From: Longimicrobiales bacterium
Lineage (GTDB): Bacteria > Gemmatimonadota > Gemmatimonadetes > Longimicrobiales > Gaopeijiaceae
DNA: 64,000 nucleotides
Direction: 5' to 3'
Assembly (NCBI GenBank): GCA_965218295.1
Contig: CBDCKN010000003.1
Span: forward strand, 320,001-384,000
Shown here: in pieces, positions 61,803 to 64,000 of the stretch
Layout of the letters: every line of letters starts with the position of its first letter
Position numbering within the stretch: position 1 is the first letter of the stretch
Position numbers and translations under genes: made by a program
The notes under the pieces: generated by a model
Told to the model about the DNA's origin: nothing
Database searches by the model: none
The model's input: only the letters and a program-made list of their open reading frames with translations

Positions 61803-63033
61803 TGTACAGAGATGGTAATGACCTGACAGTTGGCCCTCGCCGGAGCTGTGTCTAGGCTGCCTTCGTCTTAGCCTCCTCCTTCCTGGCCTTTGCGGCCTTC
61901 CTGGCGTCGGTGAGACCGGCCTTGAAGACCTGATAGGGCGTGCGGCCCTCCATGGCTCGACCGCGGTGCGGCCGCTTCCGGTTGTAGGTCTCCAGATACG
62001 CCTCGAGGTCCTGCTGCATCTCCTCGACGGTCTCGTACCAGGTGGTGCGGCCCTTCACCCTCAAGTGCTCGTCGAGGAGCGTGCGGTGGAAGCGCTCGAT
62101 GAAGCCGTTGGACTGGGGCCTGCCCACCTTCGTCGTGCGGTGCTCGATGTCCTCGAGCTGAAGGAACAGCTCATATGGGTGACGGTCCGGACGGCCGCAG
62201 AACTCGCGGCCGTTGTCGCTGAGCACGGTCTTCACCCGGACCCGGTGCTCATCGAAGAACGGCAACACGTCGTTATTCATCACCTGCACCGCCGTGAGCG
62301 GGAGCTTGCTCGTGTAGAGCCGGCCCCAGGCGTAGCGGCTGAAGCAATCGAGCACGGTCTGCAGGTACACCTTGCCGACCCCCTTCAGCGTTCCGACGAA
62401 GAACGTGTCCACGGCGACGAGGTCGCCCGGGTAATGGACTTCGATGTGGCGCTCCCGGAACTCGGGACTGAAGCGCTCCAGCAGCTCGATCTGCTCGTCG
62501 GTCAGCTTCAGCTTCCGTTCCCTGGCCGTCTCTTCGAGCCTGAGCAGCCGTTCGTGCTTCGTGGTGAGGCCATGCCGGCTCCACACGCCCCGTACGCCTC
62601 CTGAGCTCACCTGGATCCCTCCGAGCAGCAACTCGTCCGCGACCCGCTGAGCTCCGTGCGTCGGAGCCTCCAAGGCGTGGGCCAAGACCGCCTGCTCAAT
62701 CTCTTCACTCACCCGGTTCGGGTGCGGTCCCTTCGGCCCCGGAAGCTGGTCGATCAGCCCCTCGGCCCCGTAAAGCTGGAAGTTCCTCCTGATCTCGTAG
62801 AACTGCTGCCGGCTGTAGCCCACGATCTTGCACGCCTTGCTCACGTTGCCGAGCTCCTGGGCCAACTGTAGCAGGCTCAGCTTGCGGCGCGCTATCTTCT
62901 CCCCCTGGACGGTGGTCATCTTCTCTCCCGTGCTAAGTGAGTGACTTCGACATCTCTCAATTAGCTCCGGCGAGGGCGGCTGGCCACCGTCCTCTCTCGT
63001 GGTCAACTGTCAGGTGAATACCGTCTCAGCACA
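61803..63033 (-). mobile_element. IS481-family element type A, copy 2 (1231 bp)
   Basis: TGT...ACA TIRs; imperfect 7-bp TSD CACGGAG/CCCGGAG. Confidence 0.92.
61852..62919 (-). CDS. IS481 family transposase
   Basis: Same protein as 47006..48073. Confidence 0.92.
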   Translation of the reverse strand: MTTVQGEKIARRKLSLLQLAQELGNVSKACKIVGYSRQQFYEIRRNFQLYGAEGLIDQLPGPKGPHPNRVSEEIEQAVLAHALEAPTHGAQRVADELLLGGIQVSSGGVRGVWSRHGLTTKHERLLRLEETARERKLKLTDEQIELLERFSPEFRERHIEVHYPGDLVAVDTFFVGTLKGVGKVYLQTVLDCFSRYAWGRLYTSKLPLTAVQVMNNDVLPFFDEHRVRVKTVLSDNGREFCGRPDRHPYELFLQLEDIEHRTTKVGRPQSNGFIERFHRTLLDEHLRVKGRTTWYETVEEMQQDLEAYLETYNRKRPHRGRAMEGRTPYQVFKAGLTDARKAAKARKEEAKTKAA

Positions 63034-63733
63034 CCCGGAGGTTGGCCTTCGGCGGCCGAGTGGCTTCGCGCTTGAGGGTTCGGTGCATGCGTTCGTGACG
63101 GCCATTCTGCTGCGGCTTACCAGGCTCGATGGTCTCAGGACGGATGCCGAGCCGGATCCACCAAGCGCTGAGGCGTGTGAGCCGAGCGAGGCCGATGGAA
63201 GCGAAGGGCGTGCCGTTGTCGGAGCGGATGACGGCGGGAACGCCGAACTCACGGAAGACCTTGATGAATACGGGCTTGGCGAGCTCGATCGACGTGGAGT
63301 ACAGCCCTCTGCACTCGAGCAGGAATCGGCTGAAACCGTCCTGGATGGTAAGGGGATAGCAGTAGCGGCCGTTGAGCATCTTGAACTGGCCTTTGAAGTC
63401 GACCGTCCAGACCGCATTGGGCTCGTCCATGGGGGTGAGTGGCTTACCGGGATGGCCCGGCTTACCGGAGCGTCGGCGCTTCTTCGTGATCAGGTCGTGA
63501 CGCTCGAAGATACGGTCGATCGTCCTGCGAGCTGGTGCCTCGCCGAACTTCTCAGCTGTGAGTTTACGGATCTTGCGTGATCCCCACCCGTAGCGCTGAC
63601 GCAGATCCACGACGTGTTCCACGACACCTTCCGCTACGGCATGCGGGCAGTGGTGGGGCCGGTGAGAGCGGTCGTGGAGTCCCTCGAATCCCTCCGCGAG
63701 GAACCGTGTCCACCACTTGTATCCGGCGGCCCT

Positions 63734-63795
63734 GCGCTCGCGCGCTGCGCACGCGGTCGGCATCTTGATCAGGCAGCAGAATCGTGAGACGTTAG
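63734..63795 (+). repeat. attC-like site, right half
   Basis: ...GCAGCAGAATCGTGAGACGTTAG; 37 bp identical to 42577-42613. Confidence 0.75.
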
Positions 63796-64000
63796 CAACT
63801 GTGTTGGAAACGGAGCTGATCGATGGGGATCGCTGGGTCCCACTTCCGACCGTCGCGGATCATGGCGTTGAGGATGATGAGCAGCTTCCTCATGCAGGCG
63901 ACGTGGGCCACCTTGGGAGACTTCCCGCGGTCGCGTAGCCGGCGATAGAACACCCGGATGACAGGGTTCCATTTCGAAGCGCTCAAGCTGCTCATGAAGA
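63792..64000 (-). CDS. IS110-group recombinase, C-terminal end (partial); different from 57859..58878
   Basis: NPVIRVFYRRL...GKSPKVAHVACMRKLLIILNAMIRDG; ends QHSC-stop at the element end. Confidence 0.85.
   Translation of the reverse strand, partial: FMSSLSASKWNPVIRVFYRRLRDRGKSPKVAHVACMRKLLIILNAMIRDGRKWDPAIPIDQLRFQHSC

Larger units (their letters stand above)
61384..63733 (-). mobile_element. IS481-family element type B, copy 2; 5'-truncated and split by IS481 type A
   Basis: Matches 44455-45567. Confidence 0.85.

Noticed and set aside
42572..63795. Repeated sequences as a CRISPR array
   Set aside because: No regularly spaced direct repeats with unique spacers and no cas genes; the repeats are attC halves and IS ends
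1..64000. tRNA, rRNA or integron integrase genes
   Set aside because: No tRNA cloverleaf, rRNA-like sequence or tyrosine recombinase ORF recognised by eye

Overview
High-GC bacterial chromosome segment; the gene repertoire is suggestive of Gemmatimonadota, but this is inference only. Bases 1-42.4 kb are mostly housekeeping and metabolic genes (murQ-anmK, ccdA, cls, speB, fur, nrnA, a DedA-CoaE-PHP fusion, a fused 2-oxoacid dehydrogenase E1, ndh, moeB/moeZ, hydrolases, ALDH7, a PLP lyase), interspersed with small CTAG-targeting MITE-like palindromes and one IS256. Bases 42.4-64 kb look like an IS pile-up but resolve, once the elements are removed using their TSDs, into an integron-type cassette array with no intI in the window: a higBA cassette, a serine-hydrolase cassette and related attC sites. 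Three unrelated IS types hit the attC sites, each at its own position. IS30 sits twice just before R'', an IS1111-type IS110 sits in the right arm and carries guide-like segments matching the attC target and its own donor junction, and a second IS110 sits in R'. IS3-like, IS481 and IS256 elements are nested inside these. Several single-base frameshifts in core genes suggest long-read indel errors.
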